Part shown: piece after piece, positions 1-9,400 of the stretch
Numbering within the stretch: position 1 is the stretch's first letter
Layout: the number at the start of each line of letters is the position of its first letter
Assembly: GCA_964589855.1 (NCBI GenBank)
Contig: CAZPVB010000002.1
Coordinates: 12,274 to 76,273 of the forward strand
DNA: 64,000 nucleotides
Reading direction: 5' to 3'
Source of the DNA: an uncultured Bacteroidales bacterium
GTDB lineage: Bacteria; Bacteroidota; Bacteroidia; Bacteroidales; UBA7960
Position numbers and translations under genes: made by a program
The notes under the pieces: generated by a model
Database searches by the model: none
What the model saw: only the letters and a program-made list of their open reading frames with translations
What the model was told of the DNA's origin: nothing

Positions 1-19
1 CCGGTTTGATCCGGTCTCC

Positions 20-310
20 TTATTCCAGCTTTTTACCTCGCCACGGAAGTTTTCCTTTAAGCTCTGCCTGAAGTGAAAAACTGAGAAATTTACGTATCAA
101 AACAACCAATCCAGGCACCAGGACAGAACCCATATTCGGTTTGGTTGATACGGTGGCAATAATATCGGCAGCTACAAGGATTTCCAGACCAAGTAAAATG
201 GCTTTCTCCAGATCCATTCTTAACCTTGAAAAGTTTACTTTTTGTTTCCTTAATACCTTGATGCCTGCCTCCATAGGGAAATACAGAATGCCGCCCGGTG
301 TGATCAACAC
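20..310 (-). CDS. DUF1622-like small membrane protein (start uncertain, possibly 5'-damaged)
   Basis: 96-aa ORF starting at a GTG. The motif LLGLEILVAADIIATV plus a hydrophobic C-terminal half resembles DUF1622-type membrane proteins. A conserved-looking N-terminal segment (NFEEYIEFIAKIIESAG) continues in frame upstream to a TAG at 362-364 with no ATG/GTG/TTG. Confidence 0.5.
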   Translation of the reverse strand: MLITPGGILYFPMEAGIKVLRKQKVNFSRLRMDLEKAILLGLEILVAADIIATVSTKPNMGSVLVPGLVVLIRKFLSFSLQAELKGKLPWRGKKLE

Positions 311-397
311 ACCGGCAGATTCAATAATTTTGGCAATAAATTCGATATATTCTTCAAAGTTCTACAAAACTAAAAACTGTTTTAATGAATATCTTCC

Positions 398-894
398 ATC
401 ATTTCATCTGTTTATAATTTTCAATATTTTGATTATGATGCACTTATGTTTCTTAATCAAAATCCGATAATGTCAGCGCAACGCGCCTTTGGATTCACTA
501 ATAGCATCAGATTTCTACCGTAATGTCAGCGCTACGCGCTTTGGCATTAGGCCAATAATCATCCTCGTGTGTTTAAGGATTAATCATGGATGTTTCATCT
601 GTTCATAATTTTCCAAAATTAATATTAGAACGCTGATGACACTGATTTTACAGATAATCGCTGATAGAAAAAATCTGTGCAAATCCGCTCAATCTGTGTC
701 ATCTGCGTTCCATTTATCTTAATCATCCTCGTGTGTGTTTAAGGCTTAATCATGGATGTTTCATCTGTTTATAATATGATTAAATAGGTCAGATGGAGCT
801 CGCCAAAATACCGGTTTTGTATTTTTGTCCATGCTAAGAATTATAATCATCCGCGTGTGTGTCATTAGTTATTGTCATGTCTCGGTTCATATAA
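398..894. repeat. Cluster of degenerate direct repeats in the intergenic region
   Basis: Repeat B (about 56 nt, aatcatcctcgtgtgt..ttaagg.ttaatcatggatgtttcatctgtt.ataat) occurs at 557-612 and 721-776. These two copies are about 93% identical and differ by a GT dinucleotide. A degenerate copy lies at 845-894 and a tail-only copy at 398-421. Repeat A (taatgtcagcgc.acgcgc.tttgg) occurs at 467-492 and 520-544. Confidence 0.7.
631..711. repeat. Short element built from reiterated gctgat / aatctgtg words, bracketed by repeat-B copies
   Basis: Sequence cgctgatgacactgattttacagataatcgctgatagaaaaaatctgtgcaaatccgctcaatctgtgtcatctgcgttcc. A loosely similar word structure (aattagtg..aattagtgttaatttgtgtaatt) occurs at 27686-27760. 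Confidence 0.4.
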
Positions 895-963
895 AGTCTC
901 TATAATTAAATATAGTATAGATTGCCCCGTAATTGCAAACAAACCCCCCTTCCAACACCCCTT

Positions 964-3126
964 CTACAACTTCACAAATTTCCTGCTGTAATAATCAATC
1001 CGGGTATCATTTCCCCGTTTTAACTGAAACTGAACAGTGAATAACCCTGGCGAAAGTGGAGATATATCCATCATAAAAACCTTTTCCTGACTCATGATCA
1101 GCTTGTCAACCGATTTCACGAAAACACAATCGCCGCTGGCATCAAATATCATAACATCACCCACCCCCGAGTGCTTATCAGGCAGGATAAACTGAATAAA
1201 TTTGCAAACCGGGTTGGGAAAAATTTTTACAGTCTGGGTGTTATGGGTCAAATAAGTATCTGCGAATTCGTCTGCATTTACCGGTAAACTTTTAAAGTTG
1301 GCAAAAAGTATCATGTCTGAATTGATAATCAATTCCAAAGGATTATCAGAGGAAAAAAGGTTACCGGTCCATTGATCAAACACATACCCTGAATCGGGTT
1401 CTGCTGTAAGCGTTACCGGGGTATTATCCAGGTAACTCCATCCGGGAGGATCAGCCAAGACCCTACCCTCGCCCTCAATGTATATCTGGATAGTGTTGAT
1501 CGACAAGGTCTCAAAAACAGCAGTTACTTCTTTGTTCTGATCCATAGTGATGATAACCGGGTTGGATGTTCCTGAGATGTCGCCACTCCACTCTTTGAAT
1601 ACTTCAAAAGGTCCCGGGGAAGCGGTAAGGGTAACTTCCTGACCAGCATCGTAAACACCCGAAGGGGGATCAGCAGCAATAGTTCCCTCACCCTCCGCAC
1701 TCATATACAGGATCACAAAATTTTGATCCTGCAAATATGTAGGTCCTGTATTGTATTCCGTGGCATGAGGTTGAATGATAACCTGGTCTGAAAATTCATT
1801 ACACCCAACATCCTTAAGGGTAATATCAGCAGGGCGGGTTTGTTTCATAATATCCAGCATTATATCATGATCAATATCGAGATCAGAAATAGCAGAAATG
1901 GGGGGAAATCCCTGTTGCGAAACATCAATTGCCGGACTGGTTTGTGCCAGCTGGTAAAACCCTTCGTTGTTGAGTACAAGTTCGGGGTTTATATCGGAAA
2001 GTCCTTCTGAAGGGGATATTCCTAAATCACCGTTAAAAATATTTCCCATCCAGTTTACGTTTCCGGTGGGGTCGCTGAATACATCCTCAGAGGGGTTATG
2101 AAAAATATTATTGGCGAAGGTAACATCGGCGGGTGGGTATGCACCACTGCCGCCCAGGGATGTTTTCGCGCTGTTAATGATGGTATTATATGCAATAAGT
2201 ATGCGTTGAAGCGGGTCAGCAGAATAGTTCTGAAGATTCATTGCCCTGTTTGTTAACCCACTAAAATAGTTATTAAATACTGTATGATCCTGACCTTCCT
2301 TGATTCTCACGCCACCATATCCATCTAAAAAGAAGTTTCCGTAAACGATCCCTTCATCTCCATGGCGGAGTACAAGTTCACCATATGGATTATCTTCAAA
2401 GGTGTTATAACGATACACATTCTGCCTGCTCTTATGGGATATGATTTCGCCATCACCGTTACATTGTGTGAAATAGCAATACTCCACAGTTGTTCGGCTA
2501 ATACGCTCAGCCTGTGAACTGAGACCAATGCGAATGGGCTCAACCCCGGCATCGCCCCCTGGGGAGGTACCTTCAAAGTTTTTGAATGAACAATACCGGA
2601 TGGTATGATATCCCGGGCTTGCAGATGAAACTAAAACCGAAAGGATATTCTGATCGCCTACAAATGTGCGATTCTCGAAATTGCAATAGGATATCGTGGT
2701 GTATTCTGAGACTTCGCGTATGATGAGGTATTTGTAACAATAGTAGTCCTTTATGTTTATTTGGGTAAGGTGGTTGTTGCTTCCTTCTATATCAATTACA
2801 TTAGCAGTGCCGATATTGCCTTCCAGAAACTGAAATCCACTAATGGTATTATGACTTCCCATCACTTTCATTTTTGATGCTCCGGTGAAAACAGTTTTAC
2901 CGGGAATTTCTGCCATGACAGTAAGTTCCCATTTGCTTACCATAATGTCGATATCGTAATACAAACCTTCTTTCCACACGATGGTATCTCCGGCGGATGC
3001 ATTATTCTGAGCAGTGTAAAAAGAATTTACAGAGTTTACTTCGTACACATTAGGCAACACAGCACCCGGAAAGAAAATAATGAATGCAACAAACAGAGAA
3101 ATGGATAAAAAAGGGTTTTGAGACAT
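964..3126 (-). CDS. Polysaccharide lyase family 6 (PL6) beta-helix lyase with two InlB-B-repeat-like domains and a T9SS C-terminal sorting domain
   Basis: N-terminal signal peptide. PL6 signature block EPIRIGLSS...CNGDGEIISHKSRQNVYRYNTF...GELVLRHGDEGIVYGNFF..GGVRIKEGQDHTVFNNYF, containing the catalytic-type Lys and Arg. Two VTLTA.P..G..F..W(S/T)G repeats. C-terminal KIFPNP...beta-sandwich tail. Confidence 0.85.
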   Translation of the reverse strand: MSQNPFLSISLFVAFIIFFPGAVLPNVYEVNSVNSFYTAQNNASAGDTIVWKEGLYYDIDIMVSKWELTVMAEIPGKTVFTGASKMKVMGSHNTISGFQFLEGNIGTANVIDIEGSNNHLTQINIKDYYCYKYLIIREVSEYTTISYCNFENRTFVGDQNILSVLVSSASPGYHTIRYCSFKNFEGTSPGGDAGVEPIRIGLSSQAERISRTTVEYCYFTQCNGDGEIISHKSRQNVYRYNTFEDNPYGELVLRHGDEGIVYGNFFLDGYGGVRIKEGQDHTVFNNYFSGLTNRAMNLQNYSADPLQRILIAYNTIINSAKTSLGGSGAYPPADVTFANNIFHNPSEDVFSDPTGNVNWMGNIFNGDLGISPSEGLSDINPELVLNNEGFYQLAQTSPAIDVSQQGFPPISAISDLDIDHDIMLDIMKQTRPADITLKDVGCNEFSDQVIIQPHATEYNTGPTYLQDQNFVILYMSAEGEGTIAADPPSGVYDAGQEVTLTASPGPFEVFKEWSGDISGTSNPVIITMDQNKEVTAVFETLSINTIQIYIEGEGRVLADPPGWSYLDNTPVTLTAEPDSGYVFDQWTGNLFSSDNPLELIINSDMILFANFKSLPVNADEFADTYLTHNTQTVKIFPNPVCKFIQFILPDKHSGVGDVMIFDASGDCVFVKSVDKLIMSQEKVFMMDISPLSPGLFTVQFQLKRGNDTRIDYYSRKFVKL

Positions 3127-3194
3127 TACAGATGAATTTGGTGTAAATTTTTTAAAAAATTTTAATTGCAGGTTAAAGAACCGGCAAGCAGCGG

Positions 3195-5099
3195 TTAAAT
3201 AAAGTCTGAAGGAAGAATAAATGAAGTGTTGATGCCCTGCAGATAATCGATAATTAATTCGAACTGGTTAAACCCATCATCATCCCAACTGCGTGGATGT
3301 CCCTGTATGGTTACCACATCATTGGATGAGTAGAAATAATAACTGTTGAAAAAATGGTAAAAATTGGGGCGATGCACAGGATATTCAATATTGAGTGCAG
3401 GAATTCTTTGAAGCATTACTTTTTCGTTTTGATAATCCTCCCGTGGATAAAACCATACTTTAATCTCCGGAAACTGTTTTAAAGCTGTATTCGTGTTTTC
3501 ATCCGTCCAGTTATAAGGTGCCCCAAAAGTGGTAAATTCGATACCCAGTTTATCAGCACCCAGATCCTGTGTTTTCTGCAAAAAATCAATCTGCTGCTGA
3601 ACTTCGGTGTTAAAAAACTCAGCATAACTTTCATTGTTCTCTTCCCATCTTTTGTGCAGATAACCATGGTTCCAGAATTCAAACAAACCGGTATTCTGCA
3701 ATTCTTTGATCCACGTAAAATAGGCATCATCTCCTTCTTCCAGCGAATTTCCTATAATACCGGGTGCTACTTTTACATTTTTCTGTACCGCAAGTTGAGC
3801 AAACCGTTCCCATTTTTCAGAAACGGGCGACAATGAGTCATTGTACACCACATCATCAACTTTATTGATCACTGCCGCCTTTTCACCTTGCCAGTTCCCC
3901 GATAATTTTAACCGGCGCAAGTTGGCTTCAATAAAGTAGTAATCAGCATAGATGATGGGTACATCAATTTCCGAATCTTTGGGGTAATCGCCTGTTGAGT
4001 GTTTTAACAGGAAATAGTTATTCTCACCCAAGGCAGCGCGATAATCAGGGGAAGATAAAGAAGTCAGGATTAAATCTGCCTGGTTCTGGTAGTATGCTTT
4101 TTGCTCCTCTGTACCATACATACTCAACTCGTAAAGCGCCGAGCAGATGATTGCTGCGGCAGATGCATCGCGTGGTTCGTTGTCTTTGTTGGGGACATCA
4201 AAATCCCAGTGGGGTACTTTATCTTCGGGTAAGTTGGGATGATCGAGTATAAACCGTGCAATTTTGTGCGCCTGATCCAGAAATTTATCCATTCCTGTTT
4301 CTCTGTAAGTCATTACATACCCATACAACCCCCAGGCCTGTCCGCGCGCCCATGAACTTTCGTGTGAATATCCCTGATGCGTGTTCTTCTTAACCGGTTT
4401 GCCCGTTAAAGTATCGTAAGATACTACATGATAGGAACTGTTATCTTTCCTGAAATGGTCACGGAGGGTTGTTTCGGCATGTGAAACGGCTATTTTGTAA
4501 TAAGTTGAATCCCGCGTTTCGCGGCTTGCCCAGAAAAGCAGTTCCAGGTTGAGCATATTATCTACGATAACAGGAAAGTCCCACTTATCTGCGTTATGAT
4601 CCCACGACCGTATAGCTCCCACCGTAGGGTTGAACCGTGTACAAAGGGTATTGGCTGACTGTAGCAATATATCCTTGTATTCTTGGTTGTTGGTAAGACG
4701 AAATCCGTTGCCAAAACTTGAGTACATCTTAAAACCCATGTCGTGCGTACCCCCATTGAACTTTTCTTTTTCAATATTCAGTGTATAATGCTCTGCTTCG
4801 TCACGCCAGGATGCTTCCCGTGAAAACTCATACATCATCCATAAATTACCGGGGAAAAAACCACTGGTCCAATCTTTTGATTTTACAAGTTTGGTAGTTT
4901 CGTCTTCCTGAACGCTTCTGGGATTCAATGAGGAATGATCTAACTCATCGAGCATGAACTTTAACTGCTCTTCCCCAAATGCCAGATTTTCTTTAACCAA
5001 TTGATCCATAGTACTTTTATCCGCCCGGTTACAAGACGAAAACAACATGACTACCATAGCGAGCGCTAAAAGGGTACTTTTCCAGAGATGCATCATCAT
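3195..5099 (-). CDS. GH88 unsaturated glucuronyl hydrolase fused to a C-terminal deacetylase-like (DUF2334/NodB-like) domain; lipoprotein
   Basis: Lipobox LFSSC. GH88-type motifs DWTSGFFPGNLWMMYE, THDMGF, AIRSWD, VIVDNMLNLELLFWA and SWARGQAWGLYG. About 230 extra residues at the C-terminus carry WNHGYLHKRW, FGAPYNW and GHPRSWDDDGF. Confidence 0.8.
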   Translation of the reverse strand: MMMHLWKSTLLALAMVVMLFSSCNRADKSTMDQLVKENLAFGEEQLKFMLDELDHSSLNPRSVQEDETTKLVKSKDWTSGFFPGNLWMMYEFSREASWRDEAEHYTLNIEKEKFNGGTHDMGFKMYSSFGNGFRLTNNQEYKDILLQSANTLCTRFNPTVGAIRSWDHNADKWDFPVIVDNMLNLELLFWASRETRDSTYYKIAVSHAETTLRDHFRKDNSSYHVVSYDTLTGKPVKKNTHQGYSHESSWARGQAWGLYGYVMTYRETGMDKFLDQAHKIARFILDHPNLPEDKVPHWDFDVPNKDNEPRDASAAAIICSALYELSMYGTEEQKAYYQNQADLILTSLSSPDYRAALGENNYFLLKHSTGDYPKDSEIDVPIIYADYYFIEANLRRLKLSGNWQGEKAAVINKVDDVVYNDSLSPVSEKWERFAQLAVQKNVKVAPGIIGNSLEEGDDAYFTWIKELQNTGLFEFWNHGYLHKRWEENNESYAEFFNTEVQQQIDFLQKTQDLGADKLGIEFTTFGAPYNWTDENTNTALKQFPEIKVWFYPREDYQNEKVMLQRIPALNIEYPVHRPNFYHFFNSYYFYSSNDVVTIQGHPRSWDDDGFNQFELIIDYLQGINTSFILPSDFI

Positions 5100-5114
5100 A
5101 TTAATTTTTAAAAT

Positions 5115-6302
5115 TTAATTATCATTCTCTAACCATAGAAGTGGATATCGCATCACCAGGTTGCGTTGTACTTCTGTTACTTCAGGATCAGGTTCCAGTT
5201 CTTTCCACAATTCAATATACTTTTCATTTGAATAGGCAATGCCTCCAAGCACCAATGCAGGTTGCCTTACCGGCCAGTCATCCCAGTACAATACATCTTG
5301 CTGGTAGGGCCATACCGATTTGTCTTTGATATAAGGATAAAGAAATTCGAGACCTTTTTTCAGTCCTCTGCCATCTTCCAGGGTAAAATTCCATAAATTT
5401 TCATCGCCTGCCAGGGTAAGTATTTGTGCCAGCATACTTATGGCATCGAGGTTAAAAAGTGAATAGCCGTAGGGTTTGGTTCTGTCAATCTCCAGAGGGA
5501 AACTTCCGTCAGCAGCCATTTGTGAGGGAAGAAGATGCTCTTTAAATCTTGTTTTGCAGAACTGAATCATTTCATCATTGCCTGTCAGCAGCGCATAAGT
5601 TGAAGCCTGCACTGCCCAAACAGTTCCATGATTGTTGGGATGGATCATTTCAGCCTGACCGTATTCATGGGTATAAATCCAGGTAAGAAAGTCACTGAAC
5701 CATTCTTTAATGATTTGAATGTCGCTGCTGTTAACACCCGATGCATCAGCCAGTAACTGTGCACTACGGGCAGCTTCCACCAAATGCAGTCCATCAATTA
5801 TTCCTATGCCACGACCGGTATGCCGGCCCATTATTGCCTGGGAGTAGAGCATGTGAGGATTCATTCTGGTAGAATCATTCACAAACCAGGCGTTAAGGTG
5901 CTTCATGGCTTCGGATGCGTATTGGTCATCGCCGGTAAGAATCCACTTGCTGGTCATTGCACCCACAATGCGACTCATACGCACCATGGCCAGACGGTGG
6001 TCAACAAAGTTATCGGGGTTGCTCATGCCATCGCGCTGCACGTAAGGTCCATCAGGATTTTCAGGATCGGGCCACCAATAATCGCCTTCAGAATAAAAAT
6101 CATTGCGGGTGCCTGCACTGCGCTCAGAAAATGCATCGGTTACCATAATGGCAGGTAAATCCATATATTCTTTCACCAGATCATCAATTCTGCTCTTTTC
6201 GGTTTTTCGTACTTCGTTTTGTAATGATTGCTCTTCATTCAACTGGCAGGAAATAAATAAGGGAAGAAAAATCGCAAGTAGTGTTAGTGTGCTAATTCTC
6301 AT
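5115..6302 (-). CDS. Alginate-lyase-like (PF05426-type alpha/alpha toroid) lipoprotein
   Basis: Motif DYWWPDPENPDGPYVQRDGMSNP, typical of the alginate_lyase Pfam family. Lipobox LFISC follows the ATG at 6302. The ORF-track start at 6353 is a TTG, which adds 17 unlikely residues. Confidence 0.65.
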   Translation of the reverse strand: MRISTLTLLAIFLPLFISCQLNEEQSLQNEVRKTEKSRIDDLVKEYMDLPAIMVTDAFSERSAGTRNDFYSEGDYWWPDPENPDGPYVQRDGMSNPDNFVDHRLAMVRMSRIVGAMTSKWILTGDDQYASEAMKHLNAWFVNDSTRMNPHMLYSQAIMGRHTGRGIGIIDGLHLVEAARSAQLLADASGVNSSDIQIIKEWFSDFLTWIYTHEYGQAEMIHPNNHGTVWAVQASTYALLTGNDEMIQFCKTRFKEHLLPSQMAADGSFPLEIDRTKPYGYSLFNLDAISMLAQILTLAGDENLWNFTLEDGRGLKKGLEFLYPYIKDKSVWPYQQDVLYWDDWPVRQPALVLGGIAYSNEKYIELWKELEPDPEVTEVQRNLVMRYPLLWLENDN

Positions 6303-6392
6303 AGAGAAGTTTGATTTTAAAATTGAGATGATTGATTGAGAGGGATTCAACAATTGTAGTGTGATTTTATTCGCAAATGAACAGCGGAAATC

Positions 6393-6437
6393 TTAAAAGA
6401 AAAAAAGAGTGCAGATACACGATGGCATCTGCACTCT
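6393..6437 (-). terminator. Rho-independent terminator after the 1645-aa gene
   Basis: Perfect 11-bp stem agagtgcagat (6406-6416) / atctgcactct (6427-6437) with a 10-nt loop. On the minus strand it is followed by a T-run (plus-strand A-run at 6400-6406). Confidence 0.75.
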
Positions 6438-6451
6438 TATCAGACCTTAGT

Positions 6452-9400
6452 TTATTGTACAATAATTTTTGAAGTGGTTACATGGTTGGAAGCATCCAGT
6501 ACCTTAACAATGTAAACACCTTTCTGATCCATACCTGCAGAAATACGATTGGTTTCATTACCATCGATATTCATGATTTTTCTGCCTGAGATGTCATATA
6601 TTGCCACCTGTGTAATATTTTCATTTTCAGAAGAAACAATAATATTTCCATTGTAATTGAATACCCTTACAGCGTTTTCATTTATGGTTTCCAATCCGGT
6701 ACTCATGGTAATATTGACCGGGTTTGATCCTTTTTCAGAAATATTACCGGCAGCATCAATGGCGTATGCAAAGTATATTCCAGGTGTTAATCCGCTGGTG
6801 GATATCTCAATATCTGTATCGGCAGATGTAACATCAGCAACACCAGCATTACTAATGGCAACAGCTGTGAGGAAATCGGCCAGTGTGGATTGTGGTTCTC
6901 CATCGAGCATGATATACACCCTGCCATTGTCTTCACTACTTTGTACCATTACATAGCTATCTGCTCCATTTGTGGCAGATTGCACCTCTGCGCTTACCAC
7001 AGGGGCAATACCATCGGTAATGGTAATGATGCTCTCATCTTTATCCGACATGTTGCCACTTCCATCTACAAAGTAGGCGTGATAGATGCCGGGAGTAATG
7101 GCATAAGTAGATATTGCTACATCCGTATAGGATGCTGTAACTTCTGCTTTGGCGCCATTGCCGGCAGCAACTGCATTGTCCAGGTCTTCTTCCGTTTCCT
7201 GTGCAACTCCGTCAAGAATAATATATACATATCCGGATCCCAACGAAGCTTGTACTGTAACGGTTTGATCCATACCATTTGTTGCATCTTGTTGTTCTGC
7301 AAACACAACGGGCATAAGCTCTTCAACAGTATATGTAACACTGTTTTGGTCAGGATCCACAACATTTCCACTCAGGTCTTCCACGTTGGCAACTGTAATA
7401 ACAATTTCAAGGTCTGTTAACCCAACAAAGCTACCTGTGGTAATCACAACTGCATGGAAATTATAGAGCTCAACATTGGTTACGTTTCCTGTTAACCCGG
7501 CTGACCCGCTCATCGTATAGTTTTCAGGAGTTATTGCCGAGGTGGTATCAATGGGTTCGCTAAATCTGATAAGCAAGGTAGAATCTGTTAAAGCGAGTAC
7601 TTCCTGCAATACTTTAGGACCTAAAACATCCGCCCAGCGAAGGTCTCCCAAAGGTAGTCCATCACTTCCCAAAGAATAAAGAGTCATATTTTCAAGTGTG
7701 AGGTCGCCTTCACTGGGGTTAGCAAATTGAGGATCCTGGTTCCATACATTGGTACCAACAACACCATTTCCTACAGCAACAGGAGGATTGGCTTCGAAGT
7801 AGTTGAAATAATCGATTGTTGACTGATTTGTATCATCACCATAAATATCGAAAATGGTAGGTGAGGGGGAGTTTGCAAAGATAGAGTTGGTTACGGTAAC
7901 TTTTGTCAATGAATCAGCCAATATTACATCCTTTGTTTCCGACCCCACGTTGTAAAAGGTAGCATGATCAATATCAATAGGAAATTCGGCATTTACAGAA
8001 GGTTGATCCTTGATACGGATGGCCTCTTCAGGAATATTCATAAAAGTACAGTTGGTAATTTCCATTTTGTCCCAGGTAGGAGAGTCCTCACTGGACAGAC
8101 CGGTCATGCTGATGGCTTCCATGTCTTCAAAAATACAATTGCGGAAAATAATGCTGTCGGCGTGGGTACCGCCGTATGTTTTCAGAATTGTACCTGTTTC
8201 TTTCAGTACACCGCGGAAGTGGCAATCTTCAACAACGAGAGAATAATTACCAATGTTTGAATCAGCGCGAATCATATATTTTACCGGGTAGGTTGGGTGC
8301 TCTTTGCTATTCAATTCTACTCCTTTAAGAGTTAAGGAAGAACCATCAGCGAACAATCTGAATATCTGGTATGTTCCGGATTCTCTGTAATTGCTGATTA
8401 CAGGTCGATTTACAAGGTCTCTGTCGGCCATGATGGTAATTTTTGCAGTGATTTTATGCCATGCTTCCAGCGCGTAATCACCGCCATCGGTGGTTAATAC
8501 AAATACATCACCATCGCTGGCAGAAATAATATCGTTGGAAAGTTCTGCTGTTTGCTGGTCAGTATAATATCTTATTAATGGAATATATTCGGTAACCGTT
8601 ACGCTGTTTGTACTTACATCAGAAATGTTTTCAGATAAATCAACTGCATAGGCAAAATAAGTTCCAGGAGTAACACCGTCCATTGAAACACCAATTTCCA
8701 GATCACCACCCGGTTCTACCATTCCCATGGCGCCGTTTCCGGCATCAACAGCCGCCTGAAGATCGGCAACTGTTGCTACAGTTTCGCCCTCAAGAATCAG
8801 GTAAACACCACCGGGCTCGTTAGTTGTTACCATAACGGGATCTTCGCCTGAGGAATTGTTTACTTCCTGGGCATCAAGGGTTACAACAGGTGCGGTAATA
8901 TCTGTAAGAACTACCTGGTTTTCACTTGGATCTGATATGTTATTAAAATCATCTACGGCATAGGCATGGTAGTTTCCAACCAGTATGCCAGAAACGGGCA
9001 ATTGAACATCGGTATCCGCTGTTTCCACCACAGCACCTACACCCACATAATTATCGATTGCTGTTTGAAAATCTTCAATAACTGTTATTACCTGATCTTC
9101 TCTGATGAGATAAATCATACCGGTTTCATTACTCTGAGCCAGGGCAACAACACCCGGATCGTTGTTCAGTTCCTGCTGTGCCATGGTAACTACAGGTGGT
9201 GTTTCATCTAAATATGTATAAGTAGCCACGTTGGCATCTCCCACCGGGTTACCTGCAAGGTCTGTTACATTTTCAACTGTAACCACAACTGTTTCATTGA
9301 AATTCATGGTGCTTAAATCAGGTACTTCGAGTAAAACACTTTTGAAGTCATCTGCCAAAACAGCACTGGTTGGGTTTCCTGTTAATCCAAATGTACCACT

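Noticed and set aside
141-470. 109-aa plus-strand ORF
   Set aside because: It overlaps the DUF1622-like gene in antisense and then runs into the AT-rich repeat region. Its composition is low-complexity Ile/Phe/Asn-rich, it has no recognisable motif, and it is most likely a shadow ORF.
398-894. Possible CRISPR array, because of the repeated units
   Set aside because: The repeats are 25 and 56 nt with irregular spacing (53, 164 and about 124 nt). Copies are degenerate rather than identical, only 2-3 copies exist, and no cas genes lie nearby.
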